Part shown: piece by piece, positions 26,666-37,623 of the stretch
Layout: every line of letters begins with the position of its first letter
Numbering within the stretch: the first letter of the stretch is position 1
Assembly: GCA_951406725.2 (NCBI GenBank)
Contig: OX597817.1
Location: 5,580,001-5,644,000 of the forward strand
Source: Octopus vulgaris
Taxonomy: Eukaryota
DNA length: 64,000 nucleotides
Direction of reading: 5' to 3'
The notes under the pieces: model-generated
The model's input: the letters and a program-made list of their open reading frames with translations, nothing else
Databases searched by the model: none
Told to the model about the DNA's origin: nothing
Made by a program: the position numbers and the translations under genes

Positions 26666-27898
26666 TTGCGTATATATTTACAGTTCTGCTCGGTCTGTAT
26701 AATTTTAGCTTTTACCAAATGCAGAAAAAAATTATCATAAACAATATCATACTAAATTATCTAACATCATATTACATAAGTTTACAAATGATGTATCATC
26801 TTGTTTTCTTATTAATTTGTTTCGTGCTGTATTGTGCCTCCGGCCAACGTAAGACGATTCTTGTTATATAGCAGCATTTCTTTGAGACAAGGTTGCTAGA
26901 CTCCTCGGCATTTCTCTGTTTATGCGGAAAGAAGCGGTGCGTGTTCGTCCGTGACCCTTAAGATGCAACGTAACCGTAAGAGTGAAAGTGGGGGAATAGA
27001 AGTGTCCGTACATTGTTTTCAATTCTGTCACTCAAAGTCGACCAGCTGCTGCAAAGAACATCTAAAATTCCCTCATAGTAAACCCTACCATCTTAAAGTA
27101 GGGAATAACACTTAGGAAAAATAACCAACTCACCGAGGTGATAAAGACATACATAATTTCCCCATGGATTTTGTTCAACTACCATATGAAACAGAAATTC
27201 TTAAGCCTTGAGAAGTCCCTGCAGAATCGACCTACATGGTAGAAATCGGGTTACATTTCCCCAAAATTACTCCCTATCATTTTAAATTATAAAACGGCAC
27301 ATTGTTAAATTTAGTTCTATACAGATTAAAGATGCAGAGTATGTATGTGGTTGTTATATGTAATCATCTATTACTATATACTTGCGCGATGAATACACAT
27401 ATTTACAATAATCAATGTACATCGATGCTATTATAAAATAGCGGCAATATTTTCCTCAGGTCATATCATATTAATTACGTCTGGGACGACACTTTGGACA
27501 ATGTGTCGAAAGAACAGCTGTTTATATATTATATAATGTACGAGGAGACCTCTCGGAGCAGTTTCTGCAAGCATATATATATACCCTCCTTCTTCCCTTT
27601 TTTCCTGAGCGCCTAATAATACTTTAATTGTTCCACGTCCTTGCGTTGTTGTCTTTTTTGTTTTCTTGTTTGGATTAACTATATATATATATATATATAT
27701 ATATCTCGGAGGTGGATCCAAAGTCAAGACTACTGGTAGGGGAGGAGCGAAATTAAAGAGGGTGGAAAAGTCAGAAAAACGAATATAGTTTTTCATGTGC
27801 ACTATTAAAACTGTACAAACTTTTTCTCAGGTTTTTGAGGGTGGTATTTCGATCCCACTTTCTCTCCTTCTCTCATCCCCCTCACTTTCTCTCATATA

Positions 27899-27904
<6 letters not shown>

Positions 27905-27936
<32 letters not shown>

Positions 27937-28083
27937 CGAGAGAGAGAAAGAGAGAGCGCGGGGAATGAAATGGTAGCGAGATCGAAACACCACCTCACAA
28001 ATGTGTGTGTGTGTAAAAACGAGAGAGAGAAAGAGAGAGCGCGGGGAATGAAATGGTAGCGAGATCGAAACACCACCTCACAA

Positions 28084-28122
<39 letters not shown>

Positions 28123-28277
28123 CGAGAGAGAGAAAGAGAGAGCGCGGGGAATGAAATGGTAGCGAGATCGAAACACCACCTCACAAATGTGTGTGTGTGT
28201 GTGTGTGTAAAAACGAGAGAGAGAAAGAGAGAGCGCGGGGAATGAAATGGTAGCGAGATCGAAACACCACCTCACAA

Positions 28278-28310
<33 letters not shown>
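27905..28310. repeat. Tandem array: 4 identical 70-bp units separated by variable-length (TG)n
   Basis: AAAAACGAGAGAGAGAAAGAGAGAGCGCGGGGAATGAAATGGTAGCGAGATCGAAACACCACCTCACAAA at about 27932, 28015, 28118, 28209. Confidence 0.95.
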
Positions 28311-28313
<3 letters not shown>

Positions 28314-29469
28314 TAATCTAGCATTGAACAAATAATACGAGCACTTAGAATTTAAAATTAAGTTGTTGCAAAACCAAATTACGCGACACAATATCAGAAA
28401 CGATTATCCGGTGGGAGGTGAAACCACGCCTCCTAGTTAACGCCTCGGATACTCGCTTTTTAATTCTCTTTCTTATGAGGCATTTGAGTTTACATTCACT
28501 CAATTTATAAATTCATTCATACACAATAAGCATGCACACACATATTGCAAGTTGACTGGTGAGAAATGCAAATTAACTCTACGATACATTGCAATCACGA
28601 TCTCTTAGATGCTTGGATTCATCTTTTGGTGTTTTCTGTAGCTTTTAAAGCGGCCACAGATTTTCTGAACATTCCTTTCTAGCATATTCTCCCCAATAAA
28701 GAATATTCAACACAAGTCTCTATCCTTATTTGGTTATCTTCATTATATCTCAGCTCCTAGATCTTCTGCATTAACCGCTTCATCCAGTTCTTTATCTCCA
28801 GGATTATTCTCCTGCAGCCCTTTCTTTGCTCATGTTGTTTCTGCTACTGCTCTTCCGTTTCCTAAGTCAATAAAATACGTACACACACACACATGCACGC
28901 ATGGACGTGTTCAACACGCTTACGTATTGTTAGTGCGAATAGTGCATAGGGTACTCAGATCTTAGGGTTCTTAGTTCAAGCTAATATTTCTTTGCTTGTG
29001 ATGTGGTCAGTTGTTATTAAGATTCATATCGACGCTAAGTAGACTTAAGTTTAAAGGCATTTCACTCATGAACATCGCATCTATCTACGGTTATCTAGTA
29101 CTAAATTATAAAGTGTTCTTCTCAAGACTGTGATTTGTGCGAAGTTTATTTGCTAACTGTAGAATGTGAAGAGGCTTCCTTGTGTTCAATTTCAAAGTAA
29201 CGTGTCTAGAATTTGAGGATCCGGCAGTGGTCTACATGTTTCAGCATTGTTATTTAAACTATCTGAAAAGTTGGAATAGACATGTTTAAGTACTAAATAC
29301 CTTCTACTTGGAAAGAAATTTACATTCAAATCTATTCAGTATCGCTGTGATTATGCTATCCGTTTATAATTGCATCATTCACAGTACCAGTCTATCTACA
29401 TCATTTATAAAAATCTGCGGTTACCATGATAATAATAATAATATGTTCTAGGATATAAACATTAACTGG

Positions 29470-29782
29470 CACTTCGTCGACACTCCGAGTGTTTCTGTTG
29501 ATCCAAGCTACGGAACAGCCTGCTAGTGAAATTAACGTGCAAGTAGCAGAGCACTACACTGACACGCGTACACTAAACGTAGTTCTCAGAGAGATTTAGG
29601 ATAACATAGGATGCGACAAGGCTGGCCTTTGAATTACAGGTAAAACTCATTTTGCGAGCTGAGTGGTCTGGAGCAGTAAATATGAAATAAAGTGTCTTGC
29701 TCTAGGACACAATGTGCCGCCGAGAATGGAACTCACGAACTTACGATCGCGGTTCGAATACCCTAACCACTAATCCACGCAT
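29470..29782 (-). mobile_element. SINE family 2-related copy
   Basis: GCTGAGTGGTCTGGAGCAG..AAGTGTCTTGCTCTAGGACAC..GAACTCACG..CCCTAACCACTAATCCACGC. Confidence 0.7.
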
Positions 29783-29866
29783 CTTTACGTCTTTAGCACA
29801 ATATAATATTTCGGAGATGTACTTGCATAGCAAATAACATGATCTGAGATCGTGTGCTGAAACAAA

Positions 29867-30177
29867 AACAATTGCAGCGTGGAAGATGTTTATAAGCCAT
29901 TTGAAAACCAACGCGCGCGCGCGCGCACACACACACCGTTAGATTCAGTTCAACATTTAAATTTAATTTGTGTCAAAATATTTTCGTCGCTTTGAAACTG
30001 CGACCTCTTCTCTGACAAAACTTACCTGTTGTACTAAGTTTTGTCAGTGAACAGGTAGCGGTTTGAAAGCGACGAAAATATTTTGACGCAAATTGAATTT
30101 AAATGCTGAAGTGAATCTAACAGATTATTTTGTGTATTTTTAAATGGCTTATAAACATCTTCTACGCTGCAATTGTT
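29867..30177. repeat. Long imperfect palindrome (arms about 145-155 bp), Penelope-like inverted pseudo-LTR candidate
   Basis: AACAATTGCAGCGTGGAAGATGTTTATAAGCCATTT..CTGACAAAACTTA mirrored by TAAGTTTTGTCAG..AAATGGCTTATAAACATCTTCTACGCTGCAATTGTT. Confidence 0.85.
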
Positions 30178-31121
30178 ATATATATATGCAGACGGTACCT
30201 TGGAGAGATTTTCCAATGTCATCATTCATACATACATTGATTACACGCACACATATTTACATACGTACTCACACACGATCAACTGCAAATTTATGCAAAT
30301 ACACAAGTGCATATATGTACATATGTGCAAACGTCATTACACACACGGTCATGCATATCACTGTGCATTCGCAAACAGTTAAAAACAAGTATTTTTTTTT
30401 ATGTTTTCCTTTTTAATCACGTTTTCCCTTCCCTGTCTCTTTACCTTTCATTCTGCTCCGTTCCCACTTTTCTTTTTCATCCTCACACGTTTATCCACAC
30501 AGACTCACACACACACACACACACACACATACACACACACACATACACACACACACACACACACATATATATATGTTCTTCTTTCTCCCTTCTTTTTATC
30601 TCTGTAGCTTTTCTAGCCCACCGTCCTCCACCGCTTTTAACCCTTATTGGTGTTCTATTTGCGAATTCCCCAGTCCTACACACCCAAAACCTCTACGCCC
30701 TTACTCCCCAAGCCCCTTCCTCGCCAACATCTCTTGACTTTTGCTTAAAATAATATTTTGATATAGAGGCAAAAAAAAAAAAGATGAAAAGAAAGGCAAA
30801 GGAAAAAAAAACAAGGGGACAAAACAAACTTTAGTAGCAGTAATGATGTAGAAGCTATTGGTTATGTCCTGCTGGCGGTGGAATCGTTGGTAATGGTGGA
30901 TGGTTTGACGATGTGAAGATCTGAAACGAGTGTTGTTACATTACTGATTCTTTCCAACTCCATCACTATCTCCCTCCGCCATCTTTCTTCCATCATCGAC
31001 ACCAACTCGTGTAACAATTAACCCACATTAAGCTATAGTAGACTCGGGAGAAATATTATTATCATATGAAACATCTTTAGCCTTTGCATTTAACATACTC
31101 CAAAACAAGCCAAAATATGTC

Positions 31122-31153
<32 letters not shown>

Positions 31154-32367
31154 ACTCACTGTCTCTCTCTCTCTCTCACTCACTGTCTCTCTCTCTCTCT
31201 CTCACACGCACACAGCAAAGTGATATGTTGCGAATCTGCATACATAATACTTCTCACTATCTAAAAGAGACGTCAGATTATGTTGTCCAAGATATATCTG
31301 TTGCTATCTCAAATTTACGCCTACACACAAAAATAATAAAGTTGGAGTTCTTTTAAAATTAGAATAGAGGTTTTTATTCATATATATATATAATATATCT
31401 TAGTGATTCGGTAAAAGAGGCCAATAGAAAAAGTATCAGGCACAAAAAAGAACTGGTGTCGATTTGCTCGATTAAAATTAAAGGCGATGCCCCAGTGTGG
31501 CCGCAGTTTGATGACTGGAAAAGATAAAAGAACCACTAAATTTCCATACTAAACTTAAAGCTAAGGGAGGTAACTCTTCTACTATACCATTGAAACCTCT
31601 CACGGTCTCTTTACCTGCTAGAAATAGCAAACTAAACGCTTTTAAATTAGATCTCCAAGGTGGTTGTTCAAGAACCAAATGAAGGGTAGATTTTCAATTC
31701 CGGGATCTTTCTGATTCCTAAAAGGTATATGTCTATATAGACTGAGATACAGGGATCCCGGACAGACAGAATTTCGCTTTTATTTATATAGATGACGAAA
31801 TGGTCAAGGCCGGAACACCTTAGCCAGTTGGCCTATTTCGTTTGAGCCGATCTATGGCTAATTATCATTCTTCAGCATTGGGAACTTCTTACGCATTATT
31901 GACTCACTTTTGTTTGAAATGAATTTTTTCAACGGTTCTTAAATACATGCATACACACATGTCTATCGTACAGAAATTGTTATTGGTTGTTATTGAGAAA
32001 TGAACAGATGTAGATGTTTGCTGCAGAAAAGAGGGGTGGGAAACAGTAACATTGTTTTGTATTTAAACGAAGTTATTTTGACGTGGAAATACTCTTCGTC
32101 AGGAATTTCATTAGAGAAATAACTTCTTTTCGGGACCAATAACCTCAAACTCGCCCCCAAGTGTTCAACCAAGAATAAGAAATGAAAAGCACCCAAGCTT
32201 ATACTTGTGCTTCAGTGTGTGTGCCTTGCTTGTATTATATAAAGAAGAACATATCACGTAGCCTGGTGTTTCTGTCTGCTCTCGACTACATCGCCACCGA
32301 AAACAGCTAGCGTAAGTTTGGTATAACCTGCTAGGTAATACACGCTTGCTAGTAACAGCTAAACGGT

Positions 32368-32401
<34 letters not shown>

Positions 32402-32418
32402 AATATTTAACTCGTTTA

Positions 32419-32630
32419 AGGCGGCGAGCAGGCAGAATCGTTAGCACGCCGGACGAAACGCCGCTAAGCATTTCGTCCGTCTTCACGTTCTGAGTTCACA
32501 TCCCGCCGAAGTCGACTTTGCCTTACATTCTGTCGGTGTCGATAAAATAAGAACTAAGTGAATACTAGGATATGATCGACTTACTTCCTCCCTTGAAATT
32601 GCTGGCCTTGTGCCAAAATTTGAAATCAAT
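32419..32630 (+). mobile_element. Diverged SINE family 1
   Basis: GGCGGCGAGCAGGCAGAATCGTTAGCACGCCGG..GAGTTCACATCCCGCCGAAGTCGACTTTGCC. Confidence 0.8.
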
Positions 32631-33027
32631 ATTCAACTCCTTTCAGCCATGCGTCTTTGGTTGTGTTAGAATCTCTTTTACCCCGCTTCTCTTTCTCTCT
32701 CTCTGTCTGCATGTCTCTCTCTGAATTATTTCCTTCTCTTTTTGTGTCTCATGTAATCTCGACATTTCTGTTTCATATGTATTTCTGTGCTTATGTTGGT
32801 TTGCGAGCGCAAGCACCTGTTCATTTTACACCTTTCTTGTGCAAGATTAAATTCATTTCTATTCAAGCTTATATCTCTTTATTCGTCTCGTCACTGTTTA
32901 GCATAATTTAATCAGGAATAGTGAGGGCTGATGTTCTCATGCCTTACGTAACCATTCTCTCATTGGTAGGATCGATTGGGTTGCTGTTTAGTCAATCAGT
33001 AAGGCACCATGGCATACAATAAAGGCA

Positions 33028-34055
33028 TTGCAAACGCGCGTGCAAATATTCGCTCGTGTGTATGTTTATTGGTGTGCACATGTCCTTTCACGTGACACGA
33101 TCACATGCACACATTTTCTATTTTCATTTGCGCATTCACAAGCTCAGAGAATAATCTCTCTTTCGCATTGGCGCATGCACAGTTGCGCTTGCAAACGCAG
33201 AAGCGTGCACATAGTTGTGTTCGTATACACGTGTGCACACCTGCGCTTTTCATACGTGCACACGTACACGTGTTGTCATACGCGTACACACATCCGTGTT
33301 CGCACTTGCGCATGCACAGCTGTTTGCATACGCTTTCTAGTGCACACTTGTTTGCATCCGCTCGCGCACACTTGTATTCGCATACGTGCACATACACGTG
33401 CGTCTGCATGCGCGCGCATGCACACATACATATACACACGCATACATGCACAGAGACCCGTTCACATACAAGCATAAATACTCGCGGTTGCATGCGCTTG
33501 CATATGCTCATTTCTGTGCGCTCACATGCTTTGATATTCGCACACACGTTCACATGTAGTCACATATGCAAACATTTACACGGTGCCATAGAAGTATATA
33601 CACGTTCACATGTGCATGCAGAAATACCCAAACGTATGCACAAGCTCACTCGCGAGCGTATAAGCGCTCAATGAAGCGCAGGAAAACGCTACTCAGGGAC
33701 GCACACACGGACACGAACTCTGTCATCGAAGCTTGCTCAGTCACTCACGAAGACACACACATGTCCATGCATAGAAATGCATATGTCCGTGCAAACACAC
33801 ACGCGCACATCAACGCAGTCTTTCGATTACGCACACACACACGCACACACATTTACACGTAAGATCACGCATAAATGCACACTCCCGCACGCGACCACAC
33901 ACGCAAGTATTGGCATTCGCATGTTCCCAAAGTTCGTTTGTGCATATCTCTGCACATAATCACGCACATTCCCTAACGCATGCGCATTTTCGGATATACA
34001 CTTGCGCGCGCACACACACACATACAACACACACACACACGCTCACACACACACC
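33028..34055. repeat. About 1-kb degenerate alternating purine-pyrimidine (CA/TG/CG) low-complexity tract
   Basis: Dense GCAC/GTGC/GCAT/ACAC words without a fixed period; source of several spurious His/Thr/Cys-rich ORFs. Confidence 0.8.
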
Positions 34056-34262
34056 GGCCCACACCAACATAAGAATGGAATCTATTGCAAAATGAAAAAA
34101 AATTTTAAAAGTGAGTAATTAACTTCAGAGCTTCGCTTTACAGCCTCATGCTTTCAGATTCAGTACCATTACGTGGTAACTTGTGCAAGAGTCATGTTCC
34201 ATAGCCTTGGATAAACCAATGTTTTGTGAGTGAACTTCCTTGGCAGAGACTGTATGGCAGCC

Positions 34263-34678
34263 AAGGCGACGAGCTGGCAGAAACGTTAGCACGCCGGGCG
34301 AAATGCTAAGCGGTATTTTGTCTGCCGTTACGTTCTGAATTCAAATTCCGCCGAGGTCGACTTTGCCTTTCATACTTTCGGGTCGATAAATTAAGTACCA
34401 GTTACGCACTGGGGTCGATATAATCGACTTGATCCGTTTGTCTGTCCTTGTTTGTCCTCTCTGTGTTTAACCCCTTTTGGGTGGTAAAGAAATAGGTATT
34501 TCGTCTGCCACTACGTTGTGTGTTCAAATTCCGCCGAGGTCGGTTTTGCCTTTCATCCTTTGGGAGTCGATTAAATAGGTACCAGTTACGCACTGGGGTC
34601 GATGTAATCGACTTAATCCGTTTGTCTGTCCTTGTTTGTCCCCTCTGTGTGTGGCCCCTTGTGGGCAGTAAAGAAATA
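34263..34678 (+). mobile_element. SINE family 1 dimer inserted in an older family 3 copy
   Basis: Junction GAAATA|GGTATTTC at 34494/34495; 18-bp TSD AGA(G/A)ACTGT(A/G)TGGCAGCC at 34245-34262 and 34679-34696. Confidence 0.9.
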
Positions 34679-35479
34679 AGAAACTGTGTGGCAGCCCACC
34701 ATGTTTGTGTGTGTGTGTGTATGTGGTTTAGTGACTAGATCGCTGCACTTACGATGGCAAAATCATGGTTTCGATCCCCAGACGGGCAATGCCTTGTGTT
34801 CTTGTTCATATTGCTCCAGTTCACTCAACTTTAATGGTTAACTCTGCGTGAAACTGGCGTTCTGTTCAGTAGGAATTTTGGTCTACCCACCTAGCCGACA
34901 TTTGAAAGCTAAAACAATGCGAAGTGCATTGTGACTAGCGATGTGTCACTACATCTTATAATCTGGTCAATACTGCGATATATATGTACAATGTGCGTGA
35001 GTGCGCGCTTCTCTTTGTGTTTGCCTCTACCGCTCTTGACAACCGATAGTGGTTTGTTTATGTCCCCATAACTTAGCGGTTCGGTATTGAATAAATATCA
35101 AACTAAAGGGGAATAAGAACCGGGGTCGATTTATTCGACCAAGCCCGTCAAAGTGGTGGTACAGCATGGCCGTAATTCAAAGACCGCAACAAGTAAAGAG
35201 AAAATTGGAGAATAACTTTACAAAACCGTTGAGTGAACATACAAAATACTGTTTACTTTGCCTCCTACATCTAGCATTTCTCAGGTAAGTGGTGATGTAC
35301 AGAATGGCGTGCGCCCCAAAGTTATTGTTCTGAATTCAAATTTGCTACTTAGTTGGAGAACGATAGGGAAAAACAAAACCCTTGAAAGAAGTTGTTCGCG
35401 ACTCCCAACTGCAGGAGATGATTCCAAGAGATACGTAATTAATTTCACATAAACTATGTCATTCTTGGAGAATTCCTTT

Positions 35480-35860
35480 GAAGTTTAGTAGCAGAAAGTT
35501 GGACGGCACCGGACATTTTAGGAGCCTTATTAGATCTCATTAACGAAGCATGGTCTTCGCAAGCCTGTATTGGTCGTAATTTTTGTTTTCATTTTGTAAA
35601 TGGTGGTCTACCAATTAACCAATCTTGCGAATTCTCTGCTTCACTGATGAGATGTAATACTACAAAGGTGTGTCTTTAACTGTTACCTTGCTTGCTACCG
35701 AGAAATCAGATTTACTCCTTAATATGAGAGTTTAACTATTCTATGAAATATACTCTTAGTTTCTTGGAGCAATCTCTTTTCTTTGGAAATTGCGTATAAT
35801 CTCCGCCAGGTTCTGCTCTTTTTTTATGAGGTAAATTTGAATTAATTGATAATTTCTCTT
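35480..35860 (-). pseudogene. Highly decayed non-LTR RT fragment (R4/Dong-like)
   Basis: Minus-strand reading gives EPGGD and QDWLIGR..K..KLRPI.AC with stops and frameshifts, reminiscent of APGxD / WLxxGRT / NYRPI motifs. Confidence 0.4.
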
Positions 35861-36170
35861 CTGCTTACGTCATTCAATAAATTACAATCGAACCCAACCT
35901 AGGTTGTCGAAATTCATGCATTGGCCTACGAATTATTTTTCCTTAGCTGATGTTTTCTAACTATTTTACAGTTGGTTTCAGTTTACGTTTCTTACATCTA
36001 ATTTGAAAAATTGCCAAGATGTCGTCACTGTAAGTGTTCCGGTATAATCTGAAACCCAACATGCTTCACATTACCGCATACCGCTGCTAATTTCGATGCG
36101 AATCAACAAAGTATTTTCTACCAGGTCGTTAGCCTGCTAGAAATATCAACAAAATCTTTCTCAAATTATA

Positions 36171-36575
36171 GTGGCTGTGTGGTAAGAAGCTTGCTTCCCA
36201 GCCACATGGTTCCGGGTTCAATCTCATTGCGTGGCACCTTGGGCAAGTGTCTTCTACTATAGCCTCGGGCCGATCAAAGCTTTGTGAGTGGATTTGGCAG
36301 ACGGACACTGAAAGAAGCCCATCGTATACCTATGGATGTGTCTATGTATGTATGTGTGTGCGCTTGTGTTTGTCCCCCCATCACTGCTTGACAACCGTTG
36401 TTGGTGTGTTTACGTCCCCGTAACATAGCGCTTCGGTAAAAAAAACAGATGAAATAAGAACTAGGCTTTAAAATAAGTCCCGATGTCGACTTGTTCGCCT
36501 AAAACCATTCAAAGTGGTACTCCAGCATGGTTGCAGTCACTCAAATAACAAAAACAAGTAAAAGAATAGAAGAAT
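36171..36575 (+). mobile_element. SINE family 3
   Basis: GTGGCTGTGTGGTAAGAAGCTTG..GGTTCAATCTC..CCTTGGGCAAGTGTC..CCAGCATGG tail. Confidence 0.9.
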
Positions 36576-36752
36576 AATATCTTCGGCAAAAAGGATGCAG
36601 ACAACAGCGCGGTCCCTGCTGGATAAAAGCAGAGCTGTAACTAAACATCTACTTTCCATGACATGAAAATGATGTGGCGTGATTATTTTATTCAATTCTG
36701 AATGCCTTAGTTTTTTGGCATTTGCTATATCTTTCTATGGAAGGTAATGAGT

Positions 36753-37095
36753 GTCTATGTTCTGAGTTCAAATTCCGCCGAGGTCGACTTTGCCTTTCAT
36801 CCTTTCGGGGTCGATTAAATAAGTACCAGTTACACACTGGGGTCGATATAATCGACTTAACCCGTTTGTCTGTCCTTGTTTGTCCCCTCTGTGTGTGTAG
36901 CCCTTTGTGGGTAGTAAAGAAATAGGTATTTCGTCTATCTTTACGTTCTGAGTTCAAATTCCGCCGAGGTCGACTTTGCCTTTCATCCTTTCGGAGTCGA
37001 TAAATTAAGTACCAGTTGCGTACTGTGATCGATGTATTTGAATTGTTCCTTCCCGCCAAATTTCAGGCCTTGTGCCTTTAGTAGAAAAGATTATT
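36753..37095 (+). mobile_element. 5'-truncated SINE family 1 dimer
   Basis: Junction GAAATA|GGTATTTC at 36924/36925; second unit carries the alternative tail. Confidence 0.85.
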
Positions 37096-37246
37096 ATTAT
37101 TAAGACAGCTAGATAACAGAATCGTTAGCTCGCCAGGCAAAATGGTTAGCAGCATTTCATGATCTGAGTTCAAATTCCGCCGAAGTCGATGAAATAAGTA
37201 CCAGTCTACCAAAATTTCAGGCCTTGTACCTGTGATAGAAAGGATT

Positions 37247-37623
37247 ATTATCTCCGCGTTAGCGAAGGTGGGGGTATTGTTTTCAGTCGTGTGTGTTTGT
37301 TTGTCCGTGGACAAGATAACTCAAGAACCGCTGGATAGATTCGGATGAAACTTTCAGGGATGATTGGCCTCGTGACTGGCACGGTCTGATTAGATTTTGG
37401 GATCAATTCGGTACCGGGCAAAGATTCTGGATAATTTTTCCTGTTTTTTTTTGTTTTTTTACTTAATTTTTGAGAACGGTCGGGTTCATTTGTAGTATTC
37501 TCGTTTATGTAAGCAGTTGAGTTTATTTCAGATATTCTCATTTTAAAAATAATCTCTGGCTAATCGTTGAGAGGAAGTTGGTGTTGCCTTGGTGGAGGTT
37601 TGCCCTCTCTGAATGCTCTCGTT
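37247..37623 (+). mobile_element. Helentron-associated non-autonomous element (HINE/DINE-1-like)
   Basis: 5' ATTATCTCCGCG.., (GTTT/GTCC) microsatellite, 3' CCTTGGTGGAGGTTTGCCCTCTCTGAATGC subterminal repeat plus hairpin, TT-rich flanks. Confidence 0.65.

Noticed and set aside
27905-28310. CRISPR array
   Set aside because: Eukaryotic context, 70-bp repeats, spacers are pure (TG)n, no cas genes
33028-33674. Overlapping 149-189 aa His/Cys/Thr-rich ORFs
   Set aside because: Stop-poor RY low-complexity sequence is open on both strands; no protein signature
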